Source: Ignavibacteriota bacterium (GTDB lineage Bacteria > Bacteroidota > Ignavibacteria > Palsa-1295). Taken from it: 64,000 nucleotides of DNA. The notes under the pieces are model-generated. The model worked only from the letters and a program-made list of their open reading frames with translations. It searched no databases and was not told where the DNA came from. The stretch is taken from positions 1,024,001 to 1,088,000 of the forward strand of contig CAWBEI010000002.1 of the NCBI GenBank assembly GCA_963787835.1, written 5' to 3'. Both the position numbers and the translations under genes were made by a program. Shown piece after piece: positions 1 to 9,720 of this stretch. Within the stretch, counting starts at the first letter, position 1; each line of letters opens with the position of its first letter.

Positions 1-815
1 GATTGTGGTTGGTTCGAGCAATTCCCATGCAATCGAGGTGATGCAGGAATTATATGAGCCGTTCGTCCGGACCGGAAATCCGATCTATATCATGGACGAA
101 AAAAGCGCGGAGCTTACGAAATATGCAGCGAATTCCCTGCTTGCGACGAAGATCAGTTTTATGAACGAGATAGCGAATCTGTGTGATCTCGTGGGTGCGG
201 ATGTCGATCATGTGCGTGTAGGTATTGGTTCGGATGGGCGTATTGGTCCGCAGTTCTTGTTTCCTGGCGTTGGATTTGGCGGTAGCTGTTTTCCAAAGGA
301 CATCAAGGCGCTTGTGAAAACAGCAGAAGAACTTGGCCACGATTTTACCATTCTCAAGGCAGTGGATGATGTTAATAATCGGCAAAAGACCAAACTTTTA
401 GAACAAGATCCTAACGCATTACGATGGGAATGTAAACGGTAAAACGTTCGCTGTGTGGGGGCTTTCCTTCAAGCCGCGCACCGATGATATTCGCGAAGCT
501 CCCGCGATCGATATTATTCAAGGCCTGCTGCAACGCGGCGCGAACGTTCACGCCACGGATCCTGCTGCGATCAAGCCGATGAAAATGGTTTTGCCGGAAA
601 GCAATACCCTAAAATACTTCCGAAAGAATACCGATGCACTCGAAGGCGCAGACGCGCTCGTTATCGTAACCGAATGGAATGAATTCCGCAATCCAAATTT
701 TGAGCTGATCGAACAGAAGCTGCACGATAAAGTAATTTTCGATGGCCGCAATATCTACGATCCCGACCGAATGCGGGAGAATGGTTTTATGTATTACGGG
801 ATCGGAAGGAGATAA
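1..815 (+). pseudogene. ugd: UDP-glucose 6-dehydrogenase, 5'-truncated by the window and split by a 1-nt frameshift near 398-401 (assembly error or true lesion)
   Basis: SAELTKYAAN, GFGGSCFPKD (ORF 5-442) and WGLSFKPRTDDIRE, IFDGRN (ORF 453-815). The second frame is open from 402 (NKILTHYDGNVNGKTFAVWG). Confidence 0.9.
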
Positions 816-821
816 GGAAAA

Positions 822-931
822 GATGAATGATGAATTAAGAAGGATGAAAAAAATTGGAGTTACATGATAAACGTTCAAAAATCTCAATGCTTGTAATGAA
901 ACTCATCATTCATCATTCATAATTCATCATT
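822..931. repeat. Inverted tandem-heptamer element (GATGAAT)n ... (ATTCATC)n
   Basis: gatgaat gatgaat taagaag gatgaa at 822-848; tcatc attcatc attcata attcatc att at 903-931. Confidence 0.8.
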
Positions 932-938
932 GCCCCAA

Positions 939-1916
939 ATGCCCCGTACTCTTATCACCGGCGGAGCCGGATTTCTCGGCAGCCATCTCTGTGATCGCTT
1001 TGTAGCGGAAGGACACGAAGTTATCTGCATGGATAACCTCTGCACCGGCTCGATGGAGAACATCGCGCATTTGCTCGGACAGCCAAATTTCCGGTTCATT
1101 CACTACAATGTGACGGAGTTCGTGTATGTCGAAGGCCCGCTCGATTACATTTTGCATTTTGCATCGCCGGCCAGCCCGATCGATTATCTCAAGTTGCCGA
1201 TCCAAACGCTGAAAGTTGGTTCTTTGGGAACCCACAAGGCACTCGGACTTGCCAAAGCGAAAAATGCGCGATTTCTGCTTGCTTCAACCAGCGAGACATA
1301 CGGTGATCCCGCCGAACACCCACAACGCGAAACCTATTGGGGAAATGTAAACCCCATCGGCATTCGCGGCGTGTATGATGAAGCCAAACGATTTGCCGAA
1401 GCGCTCACGATGGCGTATCACCGGTATCATGGTGTCGATACGCGCATTATTCGCATTTTCAATACGTATGGTGAGCGCATGCGCCTGCATGATGGCCGCG
1501 CGATCCCAGCTTTTATGTCTCAGGCCCTCAGGAGCGAACCAATAACTGTATTTGGCGATGGTTCCCAAACCCGATCGGTGTGTTATGTCAGCGATCTCAT
1601 CGAAGGAATTTACCGGTTGTTGATGTCGGATTATAATTTACCAGTGAATATTGGCAATCCTGATGAAGTGACCATGCTTCAGCTTGCGGAGGAGATTCTC
1701 GCGATGATACCGGAGAGCAAGAGCAAGATCATATTCGAATCGCTTCCTGAAGACGACCCCAAAATTCGCCAGCCGGATATTGCGCTTGCACGTTCTCTCT
1801 TTGGATGGGAGCCGAAAGTGCAGCGCAGCGAAGGATTGAAACGGACGCTGGAATATTTTCGCGAAGCGATAACCCACGAAATGAAACTTCTGGGGAACGT
1901 TCAACGCGATAGTTGA
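939..1916 (+). CDS. UDP-glucuronate decarboxylase (UDP-xylose synthase) family NAD-dependent epimerase/dehydratase
   Basis: [38 protein letters not shown]; adjacent to ugd. Confidence 0.92.
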   Translation: MPRTLITGGAGFLGSHLCDRFVAEGHEVICMDNLCTGSMENIAHLLGQPNFRFIHYNVTEFVYVEGPLDYILHFASPASPIDYLKLPIQTLKVGSLGTHKALGLAKAKNARFLLASTSETYGDPAEHPQRETYWGNVNPIGIRGVYDEAKRFAEALTMAYHRYHGVDTRIIRIFNTYGERMRLHDGRAIPAFMSQALRSEPITVFGDGSQTRSVCYVSDLIEGIYRLLMSDYNLPVNIGNPDEVTMLQLAEEILAMIPESKSKIIFESLPEDDPKIRQPDIALARSLFGWEPKVQRSEGLKRTLEYFREAITHEMKLLGNVQRDS

Positions 1917-1992
1917 ATTACGCTGTTTCTTCGAGGGGTTTTTAGCCGACTTTTGTACCGTGTATTCTTTTTTTTCATTCACATAAATTACC

Positions 1993-2886
1993 ATGATCAA
2001 ACACTTTCAAACACTTACATTTGCTATTGCTTTGCTTATAGGGCTTAGCTTTGAATTACATGCACAAACACGCTCAGTCGGCGGGCACGCAATCGTGCTT
2101 GACGACGGTTCTGGCCATACGCTTACCATTCTGCCTTCGCTTATGACGACCGATCAGATCTTTACATTTCCAGCAACTACAAGTTACACGCCTGGCAGTG
2201 TGCTTTTCGCGGATGCTAATGGCGAGATCAATCAGGATAATGCGAAGTTATTCTGGGATAACACTAACTTTCGCCTGGGCATCGGCAACGCTTCACCGTT
2301 GTATCCGCTCGACGTGACAGGAGCTGCACGGATCACGGGCGCAGTCACGCTTGGAACCGCGCTCGCTACATCGAGCGGTGGAACTGGTACTTCAACAGCA
2401 CCCACGCAAAATGGTGTGATATACGGGGCAAGCAGTTCAGCATACGCTTCGACAGCCGCTGGCTCGACGGGGCAAGTACTGACCGTATCGGGTGGAGGCC
2501 AGCCAGCATGGGCAGCGTCATCCGGGTCTATGCTGATCGCCCTGAATTCAGGTGGAAACCTTGTCGATTTTGATTTCATGACTACGGGTGGTGAGGTCTC
2601 CTCCGAGAGCTCGGGACAGTACGTTGTTACGCAGAGTGGGACGCTCCAGAATCTCTATGTTCATATTACCGCCGCGCCGGGCGCTGGCAATGGGCGCTAT
2701 TTTTATGTGCGCAAAAATGGAGTGAACACAGCGTTAGGCCTCACAATGGGTAGTAACACGACCAGTGCCAGCGATGTGTCGGACAAAGTGTCAGTTTCGG
2801 CGGGTGATCTGATATCGCTCGAGACCATCACCAACAACACGCCACCGGCTGCAACGGGAATTGCGAGCTTCGAGATTGCTTACTGA
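1993..2886 (+). CDS. Secreted Gly/Thr/Ser-rich protein with tail-fibre-like beta repeats
   Basis: Signal peptide (LHA-Q); LFWDNTNFRLGIGNASPLYPLDVTG and GQVLTVSGGGQPAW motifs. Confidence 0.65.
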   Translation: MIKHFQTLTFAIALLIGLSFELHAQTRSVGGHAIVLDDGSGHTLTILPSLMTTDQIFTFPATTSYTPGSVLFADANGEINQDNAKLFWDNTNFRLGIGNASPLYPLDVTGAARITGAVTLGTALATSSGGTGTSTAPTQNGVIYGASSSAYASTAAGSTGQVLTVSGGGQPAWAASSGSMLIALNSGGNLVDFDFMTTGGEVSSESSGQYVVTQSGTLQNLYVHITAAPGAGNGRYFYVRKNGVNTALGLTMGSNTTSASDVSDKVSVSAGDLISLETITNNTPPAATGIASFEIAY

Positions 2887-2910
2887 GCCGAGTAGAGGGA
2901 GCAAAACATA

Positions 2911-3066
2911 AGCCGATCCCCAATTCGCCAGCACGATATTTCGCTTGCGCAAGCACTCTTGGTTAAGAGACAAGAGTGCAGCGCAACGAAAGGAGTGAAG
3001 CGGACGCTGGAATATTTCAATTACGCAATTGCCCGGAAGGAAGAACTTGCGTGTACCTCTGTTTAA
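2911..3066 (+). pseudogene. Degenerate second copy of the 3' end of the upstream epimerase gene
   Basis: Aligns with 1751-1900; cggacgctggaatattt is identical (1842-1858 vs 3001-3017); translates piecewise as DP.IRQHDISLA...VQRNEGVKRTLEYF. Confidence 0.85.
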
Positions 3067-3139
3067 GAATACAGAAGTTCGCCTCCTCTCTTAAAATCTC
3101 CGTAACTTTGCTTTTCTGATAACAGATCTAGTAAAGCGC

Positions 3140-5521
3140 ATGAAATCATTTTATTCGCGGCTTAGCGCCGTTGCTCTTTTTGTAGTAATTGTCTTCGTTG
3201 TCCCATCTGCACGTGCGCAGATCACTACCGATAGCCTCATCAATCACTCGCTCAGTTATGTGGATTACCCTCCCTTCGTGCGGCATGGCGAGCCGCCGCC
3301 GATGAAGCCGCGCATGGGAATCTATTTTCATGATTTCCCGGCTGATTCCGTGAAACTGCTTACGCACGGGAAGGATACCATCAAGGGCAACAAGATCTGG
3401 CACATTGCTCCGCATTGGTCTGCCGATAGAGCCGGACTTATGCAGGGCGATATTGTGCTTCGCGTGGATGGCCGCACGCTTCAAGATTCTATCTACGGTG
3501 GGGATGACGTGCTCAACACCCGGCTGAGCACGATGCATCCCGGCGATACGATGCGATTTCAACTCCTTCGCAATGGCGAAATGAAAGAGGTAACCGTTCC
3601 TCTATACTCCGGCAAGCGTTCTCCTGCGACATACTCGGATTACCCCGAGCTTGGCCCACTTCGTAAGAACAGTTGGATGCAAACCACGCTCGACTCACTT
3701 CACCTGACGCATTTTGCCGATTCGATCGCTGAGCAGATCGCCGGGGCTGCAGATATCGATTTTTGCGATCTGCCATTCACCGAGCGTCCGAGTCCGTTCC
3801 GGTTGAATGCAGTAACGTATCTTGAGCATCACCCTACGCGAGTAGGCGCGCTTTCGCGGCTTATCGATCAAAAAGAATGGGATGGTCTGGAGGCTGGTCA
3901 AGGCATGAGCGGCGCAATCGATTCGGCTGCGGTGCAATTAGGATGCGAGCCACAGAACAACCGTCGGCTGACGCTTCCGTACAGCGTTGCGGCATTGAAT
4001 ACGTATTTTGCAACGACCCAAACATATCTGGATAAAGCCTACTCGCGTGTGCATTCCAATATTGATTCCCTTTCGTATGGACTGTCGGAGTTGCTGAATA
4101 CCGATACCAATTGGGAAGATCCGGTCGATTCTATTCAAGACCCGACCCTGCAACTGAAAGCTCGTACAAATGCAGAGAAATTGCTGACGGGATTGCTCGG
4201 CGATGCGGACAAAGTAGATATGGCGCAGTTAGTCTCCGCTGCGCGCATGTTGGCCGCACTTGCGGACACCACCTGGGCTGCCGCATTTGCAGATCAATAT
4301 CTAAAGAACCATGAGCCTGTTTCCGGCAAAGTTCCTGGAGTCGATGGCGATGTTATTGCGGAGTGGACTACGCCGCAAGGCCGGTGCGTCATTGGTGGAA
4401 CAGGGCCGAACAGGTATTACGGAAATTTTGCATTTATTCTCGATCTTGGTGGCGATGATGTTTATGATCTTCCGCCGTGTAAGCCGGGAGCGTTTCGGTT
4501 AGTCGTTGATCTGAGCGGGAATGATACCTACAATGGGCTAATTGCCTCCGGCGTTGGATGCGTGGATGTGCTTGTGGATTGCGCGGGTAACGATGTCTAT
4601 CGTGGTGACCGGTGGACGCAGGGCGCAGCATGCCTGGGTGTTGGCATTCTTGCTGATTTTGGCGGCGATGACATTTATACCTCACATTGGTGCTCGCAAG
4701 GCGCGGCAATGCTGGGGATCGGATTGCTTTACGATCACTCCGGCTCCGACCATTATATTGCCGATGTGTATTCCCAGGGTTTTGCATACACCAAAGGGTT
4801 TGGTATGCTGCTCGAACGCGCCGGTAACGATTCCTATCGTGCGGGATGGAAATATCCCGATGACCGCTGGCCAAACCGCGCGCATGTTGCGATGTCGCAG
4901 GGCTTCGGCTTTGGTATGCGCCCGTGGAGCACGGGCGTGGGAACCGATGGCGGTATTGGATTACTCAGCGACAAGCAGGGTGATGATGTCTATGATGCAG
5001 GTATCTTCAGTCAGGGGGGTAGTTATTGGTATGCGCTGGGAATTTTGCACGACCGGCAAGGGGCCGATCGGTATTCTGCCGGACAGTATTCGCAGGGCAG
5101 TGGGATTCATCTATCATTCGCCGCGCTGTTGGATGATTCCGGTGACGATAGTTACGATGCATACGCATGGCTTGAACAGGGCAACGCACACGATTGGTCC
5201 AGCGGATGTTTGGAAGATTGGGCTGGGAATGATACCTATCGTTCTTCCGGTGCGGCGCAGGGATGCGGATTTTTCGTATCCTTCGGCTATTTGCTCGATA
5301 GCCATGGCGACGACCGCTATTACTGCAAAATGTCCGACACCACGGATTCACAAGGCGGTGGGAATTACATTGCACCGCGCCATTCTGGCTCACTTGGCAT
5401 GCTCATCGATCTTGGCCACGGAGAAGATTGGTACTCCGATCCACGCGCAAAGCCAGGTGAAGCCGTCCTGAAAAGCCACGAAGGTATTCTTTATGATGAT
5501 GGCATGCCGGAGAAGAAGTGA
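3140..5521 (+). CDS. Secreted PDZ-domain protein with C-terminal DxxGxDxY repeat solenoid
   Basis: Signal peptide; SADRAGLMQGDIVLRVDG (PDZ); more than 10 repeats such as LDLGGDDVY, DHSGSDHY, DDSGDDSY. Confidence 0.8.
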   Translation: MKSFYSRLSAVALFVVIVFVVPSARAQITTDSLINHSLSYVDYPPFVRHGEPPPMKPRMGIYFHDFPADSVKLLTHGKDTIKGNKIWHIAPHWSADRAGLMQGDIVLRVDGRTLQDSIYGGDDVLNTRLSTMHPGDTMRFQLLRNGEMKEVTVPLYSGKRSPATYSDYPELGPLRKNSWMQTTLDSLHLTHFADSIAEQIAGAADIDFCDLPFTERPSPFRLNAVTYLEHHPTRVGALSRLIDQKEWDGLEAGQGMSGAIDSAAVQLGCEPQNNRRLTLPYSVAALNTYFATTQTYLDKAYSRVHSNIDSLSYGLSELLNTDTNWEDPVDSIQDPTLQLKARTNAEKLLTGLLGDADKVDMAQLVSAARMLAALADTTWAAAFADQYLKNHEPVSGKVPGVDGDVIAEWTTPQGRCVIGGTGPNRYYGNFAFILDLGGDDVYDLPPCKPGAFRLVVDLSGNDTYNGLIASGVGCVDVLVDCAGNDVYRGDRWTQGAACLGVGILADFGGDDIYTSHWCSQGAAMLGIGLLYDHSGSDHYIADVYSQGFAYTKGFGMLLERAGNDSYRAGWKYPDDRWPNRAHVAMSQGFGFGMRPWSTGVGTDGGIGLLSDKQGDDVYDAGIFSQGGSYWYALGILHDRQGADRYSAGQYSQGSGIHLSFAALLDDSGDDSYDAYAWLEQGNAHDWSSGCLEDWAGNDTYRSSGAAQGCGFFVSFGYLLDSHGDDRYYCKMSDTTDSQGGGNYIAPRHSGSLGMLIDLGHGEDWYSDPRAKPGEAVLKSHEGILYDDGMPEKK

Positions 5522-5590
5522 TTAGGCTCTCACGGATTTTTTTACGAGCGATTGTGGTTCCAATACAGTCTGTAATATAGGAGGCGACTT

Positions 5591-6508
5591 ATGAAATCGA
5601 TTCGTGTGTGGCTTTGCACGCTTGCGCTTAGCACAGTAATAGTGTTTTCTGTACCCACGGTAAAAGCTCAGGTGCCGTACGGTTTTACATATCAGGGGCA
5701 GTTGGAGGATAATGGTGTACCTATGAGCGGTAACATTACATTTGTTGTGAGCCTCAGCGACAAGAATGGGAATGTGGTCTATAGTGAAACATTCGCAAAT
5801 GTAGTGATAACGGATGGGAACTTCAGTGTGGTAATCGGTGGCCCGGTCCCGTTTCCGGCAAGTATGACGTTCAACGAACCGTACATCATGCAGGTAACAG
5901 TGATGTCTTCTAACGGCACGACTATACTTTCACCCACCCAACTTTGGTCTGCGCCTTACGCGATAAATTCCGGCACAGTGAATGGCCTATCTGCTTCGCC
6001 GGTACCGGTTTCGGGCGAGCTTTTCCCAGTTCCCATCGGTACGGGATACACAGGCTCTGCGAAGATGGATCCAGCATTCCTCCCGCCCAGTGCTTCAAGC
6101 GGCGCCACCGAGCAAGCAACACCGGCGGATCCCGCCGGAACCACAAGCACGACGCCTGTTCAGATGGGGCTTGCCGGTTCGATCACACCGGCAAGTTCGG
6201 GCAAAGTGATGATCATAATTTCTGGACGGATTCTCAACACCACCGCGTTGGGTGAATCCATGGTGCAAATCAGTTATGGAGCCGGAAACGCTCCTGTGAA
6301 TGGCGTTGCCGCAACCGGGACAATTGCCGGCAATCAAGTTTTGTGGTCGCTTCCACCCGCCGGTAGTCCGCCGGCCCCATTCACCACAAATGCCGTTGTA
6401 ACAGGGCTAACTCTCGGCACTCCTTATTGGATCGATCTGCAACTACAAGCGGCAGGTGGAAAAGCCTATGTGGAGAGCCTGAGCATCTCTGCGATCGAGG
6501 TACCGTGA
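5591..6508 (+). CDS. Secreted hypothetical protein (FTYQGQL N-terminal domain seen in FCB fibre-like proteins)
   Basis: SD ggagg; signal peptide VKA-Q; QVPYGFTYQGQLEDNG...LWSAPYA. Confidence 0.7.
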   Translation: MKSIRVWLCTLALSTVIVFSVPTVKAQVPYGFTYQGQLEDNGVPMSGNITFVVSLSDKNGNVVYSETFANVVITDGNFSVVIGGPVPFPASMTFNEPYIMQVTVMSSNGTTILSPTQLWSAPYAINSGTVNGLSASPVPVSGELFPVPIGTGYTGSAKMDPAFLPPSASSGATEQATPADPAGTTSTTPVQMGLAGSITPASSGKVMIIISGRILNTTALGESMVQISYGAGNAPVNGVAATGTIAGNQVLWSLPPAGSPPAPFTTNAVVTGLTLGTPYWIDLQLQAAGGKAYVESLSISAIEVP

Positions 6509-6656
6509 TCGTTGGCTGAAGAGAAGATAGACCATGTTTTCTTCAAGGCTTTGCGGGCAGGGTCGTTTTGTTCTGATAGTTCTGATGCATATCAGATGCG
6601 GGACGAACTTACCCCAGAGCGCGTTTGCCATCTGACATATTTATAAGTATCATAGT

Positions 6657-8843
6657 TTGAAGCAACTCCTCCAATCCATGCGCTCCGGCGCGATCGCTAT
6701 TAGCGATGTTCCGGCCCCGACCGGCCCGAAGCGTGCCGGTGTGATCGTTCGTGTGCATGCCAGCCTTATCTCTGCCGGCACAGAAAAGATGAAGGTCGAT
6801 CTTGCCCGCGCCTCGCTTCTTGAAAAAGCTCGCAAACGTCCGGAGGATGTTAAGAAAGTGCTTGCGGAGGTGAAGCAGCAGGGTTTTTGGTCAACTTGGC
6901 AGCGCGTGAGTCGTAAGCTCGATACGCCGGGACCACTTGGTTACTCCTGCGCTGGCGAAGTGATCGCCGTAAGCGAGGATGTCGATGATCTGAAACCTGG
7001 CGACCGCGTAGCATGCGGCGGGCAGGGAGCCTATCACTCCGAAATAGTGAGTGTGCTTCGGAATTTGTGCGTGAAGATTCCAGATAACGTTCCATACGAA
7101 CAAGCCTGCTATACCACGCTCGGCGCTATCGCCATGCAGGGCTTGCGTCAGGCAAATGTGACGTTCGGAGAATCGGTGGTCGTGATCGGCTTAGGATTAG
7201 TTGGCCAGCTTGCGTGTGCCATTGCAAAAGCGGCGGGGTGTGTAACCATTGGCGTCGATCTGGACGAGCATCATGTCGAAGTTGCTCGGGAATTCACAGC
7301 GACGTATGCCTTCAACAGACATCAGGAGGGTGTTGTAGAAACCATCCGTTCGCTTACGCACGGTTTTGGCGCCGATGCTGTGATCATTTGCGCGGCCACA
7401 AGTTCGAATGACCCGATTACATTTTCCGCTGAGATCGCTCGCGACCGTGCGCGCATCATTATGGTTGGCGTGAGCGAGATGAACTTACCGCGCGATATCT
7501 ATTTTGGGAAAGAATTAGAGTTCCGGCTTTCGCGCTCGTATGGCCCTGGCCGCTACGACGCCAACTACGAAGAGCGCGGCATGGATTATCCCATCGGCTA
7601 TGTCCGCTGGACCGAGCGGCGCAACATGCACGAATTCGCACGTTTGCTCGGTGAAGGAAAGATCGATACCAAAGCGATCACCACGCATACGTTCCCAATC
7701 GAGCGCGCCGAAGAAGCCTACTCGATAATCGCCGGTGAAAAGAAGGAGCGGTATTTGGGAATGGTTCTCACGTATCCAAGCGTAGAACGGGCTTTAACCC
7801 GTTCCCATCCTGCACGGGTTGAAACCCGTGCTACACCGGAGGGAATTGCTATCGGCTTCATTGGCGCTGGCAACTTCGCGCAAGGATTTCTTCTGCCCAC
7901 GCTGAAAGAGAATGCCACGCTCATTGCAGTTGCAAATCAATCGGGCGCCAGCGCGGAGGATGCGAAAAGTAAATTTGGATTTCAGCGCACTACGACGGAT
8001 GCAACAGACGTAATAGACGCAACAGACATCAATACGATCTTTATTGCCACTCGCCATGGCGAACATGCCCAACTTGCTGCGGAAGCATTGCGGGCAGGCA
8101 AAAATGTCTTTGTCGAAAAGCCAATGGCGATCGATCGAGAGCAGCTTGCAATGGTCGCAAAGGCATTCGAAGAGGCACATGCTGCGAACGGTGTAAAATT
8201 CCTGGTTGGATTCAATCGCCGATTTGCACCGCTCGTCAGGAAGATGAAAACGTTCTTCGAAGGGAATGATCGATCATCCCACTCGCCGAAGATGCTGCTG
8301 TACCGCGTGAATGCCGGCCCGCTTCCACGCTCGCACTGGACGCAGGATGAAGAAGATGGCGGAGGCCGTATCATCGGTGAGGTGTGTCATTTCATCGATA
8401 CTGCCGCGTATCTCACCGGTGACGCCATGCCTCGCAGCGTGTATGCAAAGTCTATCTCCAGCGGTCGCGCCGATACGGTCGATCGCGATACCGTTTCGAT
8501 CACGATCGAGTATGAAGATGGAAGCGTTGCAGAAATTTTATATCTCGCGAACGGAAGCAAAATACTTCCCAAAGAAGAACTGCAAGTATTCTCCAACGGA
8601 CGGACCGCGATCCTGAAAAATTTTTTAGAAGTCGAGTTTTGGACAGGCAGCAGCAATCCCAAGATCGAAAAAGGTTCTGGGAAGGGACATGCGGAGGAAG
8701 TAAAGGCATTTCTTCAATCTCTTTCTTCTGAGGGGGAAGGCCCCATCCCGTTCGACTCGTTGCTTGCCACAACACTCGTGACGTTTGCCATTCGCGAATC
8801 GCTTGCCACCGGGGAGGTGATTCGCATGGCCGACCCTGCGTGA
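6657..8843 (+). CDS. Bi-domain oxidoreductase (Zn-ADH/MDR plus Gfo/Idh/MocA)
   Basis: SLISAGTE, PLGYS, GLGLVG, SRSYGPGRYD, GFIGAGNF, VEKP, GFNRRF, GEVCHFID. Confidence 0.9.
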   Translation: MKQLLQSMRSGAIAISDVPAPTGPKRAGVIVRVHASLISAGTEKMKVDLARASLLEKARKRPEDVKKVLAEVKQQGFWSTWQRVSRKLDTPGPLGYSCAGEVIAVSEDVDDLKPGDRVACGGQGAYHSEIVSVLRNLCVKIPDNVPYEQACYTTLGAIAMQGLRQANVTFGESVVVIGLGLVGQLACAIAKAAGCVTIGVDLDEHHVEVAREFTATYAFNRHQEGVVETIRSLTHGFGADAVIICAATSSNDPITFSAEIARDRARIIMVGVSEMNLPRDIYFGKELEFRLSRSYGPGRYDANYEERGMDYPIGYVRWTERRNMHEFARLLGEGKIDTKAITTHTFPIERAEEAYSIIAGEKKERYLGMVLTYPSVERALTRSHPARVETRATPEGIAIGFIGAGNFAQGFLLPTLKENATLIAVANQSGASAEDAKSKFGFQRTTTDATDVIDATDINTIFIATRHGEHAQLAAEALRAGKNVFVEKPMAIDREQLAMVAKAFEEAHAANGVKFLVGFNRRFAPLVRKMKTFFEGNDRSSHSPKMLLYRVNAGPLPRSHWTQDEEDGGGRIIGEVCHFIDTAAYLTGDAMPRSVYAKSISSGRADTVDRDTVSITIEYEDGSVAEILYLANGSKILPKEELQVFSNGRTAILKNFLEVEFWTGSSNPKIEKGSGKGHAEEVKAFLQSLSSEGEGPIPFDSLLATTLVTFAIRESLATGEVIRMADPA

Positions 8844-8874
8844 TTTAGTTAGCCACATCCATTGTTCTGCGACG

Positions 8875-9720
8875 ATGTCAAAAGTGATCGCCCCTGCACT
8901 TGTCTGCTTCGCACTGCTCAGTGCGTCAGAAGTTCGCTCCCAGCAGGGAGCAAGCACATCCGATAGCGCCGGGTATGCACCCTCGGCGGATTCTGTTCGT
9001 GCGTTAGACTCCGCCTATCGCGCACGAAAGGCACAGCTCGACCAATGGGTTCATGCCGAGGAAGCAACCGCGCATCCTCAGGAGGATTTCATCAGCCTGT
9101 ATCTGGCCTACGGCGGCTATCTCCAGATCCTTCCTCGCGATCTCAATCAGTTCTTTTCCGAGCGCACCCTTCGGCCCGATCCGCTCAGCGACCGCAATGA
9201 ATATTCGACGATTGATCGAGCTGTTAACGTTGGCGTTCAGGCACAGCTTGCACGAACGTGGGGAATTTACTTCGAATACGATCTCGTGGAAAAGTGGTTC
9301 AACACGATCGTGGATCAAACCAACGCGCAGGAGGAGCTCGATCTGACCGAGCACAGTTTCGTTGTGGGCGGGATGTATATGATCTACTGCGGCCACTTTT
9401 ACCGGCTGCGTGTTAGCGGCGGCGTTGGAGCCATTATTGCGCTGACGACCGAAACGGAAACGCCTGGCAGCTACACCCGCGATGCTTCTGCAATAGGCTA
9501 TCAGGTCAATTTCGATATTTTGAATGACTTCCGCGTGATGCAGGATCTCAGCTTCACGCTCGACATCCTCACCCGCACAGTGACTACCGGTGCACTCAAG
9601 ACCGCCGGTGGCCAAACGCTCGATACACCGTTTGGGGCTGGGACAGCCACCATCACCCTAAAACCGACAGCCTCAAATGTGGTCTATGGACTCGCCGCAG
9701 GATTAGTCTATTATTTTTAA
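8875..9720 (+). CDS. Putative outer-membrane beta-barrel protein
   Basis: Signal peptide, amphipathic strands, C-terminal AGLVYYF. Confidence 0.65.
   Translation: MSKVIAPALVCFALLSASEVRSQQGASTSDSAGYAPSADSVRALDSAYRARKAQLDQWVHAEEATAHPQEDFISLYLAYGGYLQILPRDLNQFFSERTLRPDPLSDRNEYSTIDRAVNVGVQAQLARTWGIYFEYDLVEKWFNTIVDQTNAQEELDLTEHSFVVGGMYMIYCGHFYRLRVSGGVGAIIALTTETETPGSYTRDASAIGYQVNFDILNDFRVMQDLSFTLDILTRTVTTGALKTAGGQTLDTPFGAGTATITLKPTASNVVYGLAAGLVYYF

Noticed and set aside
395-403. Programmed +1 frameshift in ugd (CTT TTA G resembles prfB CTT TGA)
   Set aside because: No in-frame stop at the site and no internal SD; an indel is simpler.
4542-5471. 309-aa alternative-frame ORF inside the PDZ repeat gene
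   Set aside because: Shadow of a repetitive coding frame; no recognisable motifs.
1993-6508. Prophage remnant suggested by fibre-like proteins
   Set aside because: The proteins have Sec signals, and no capsid, terminase or integrase genes are present.
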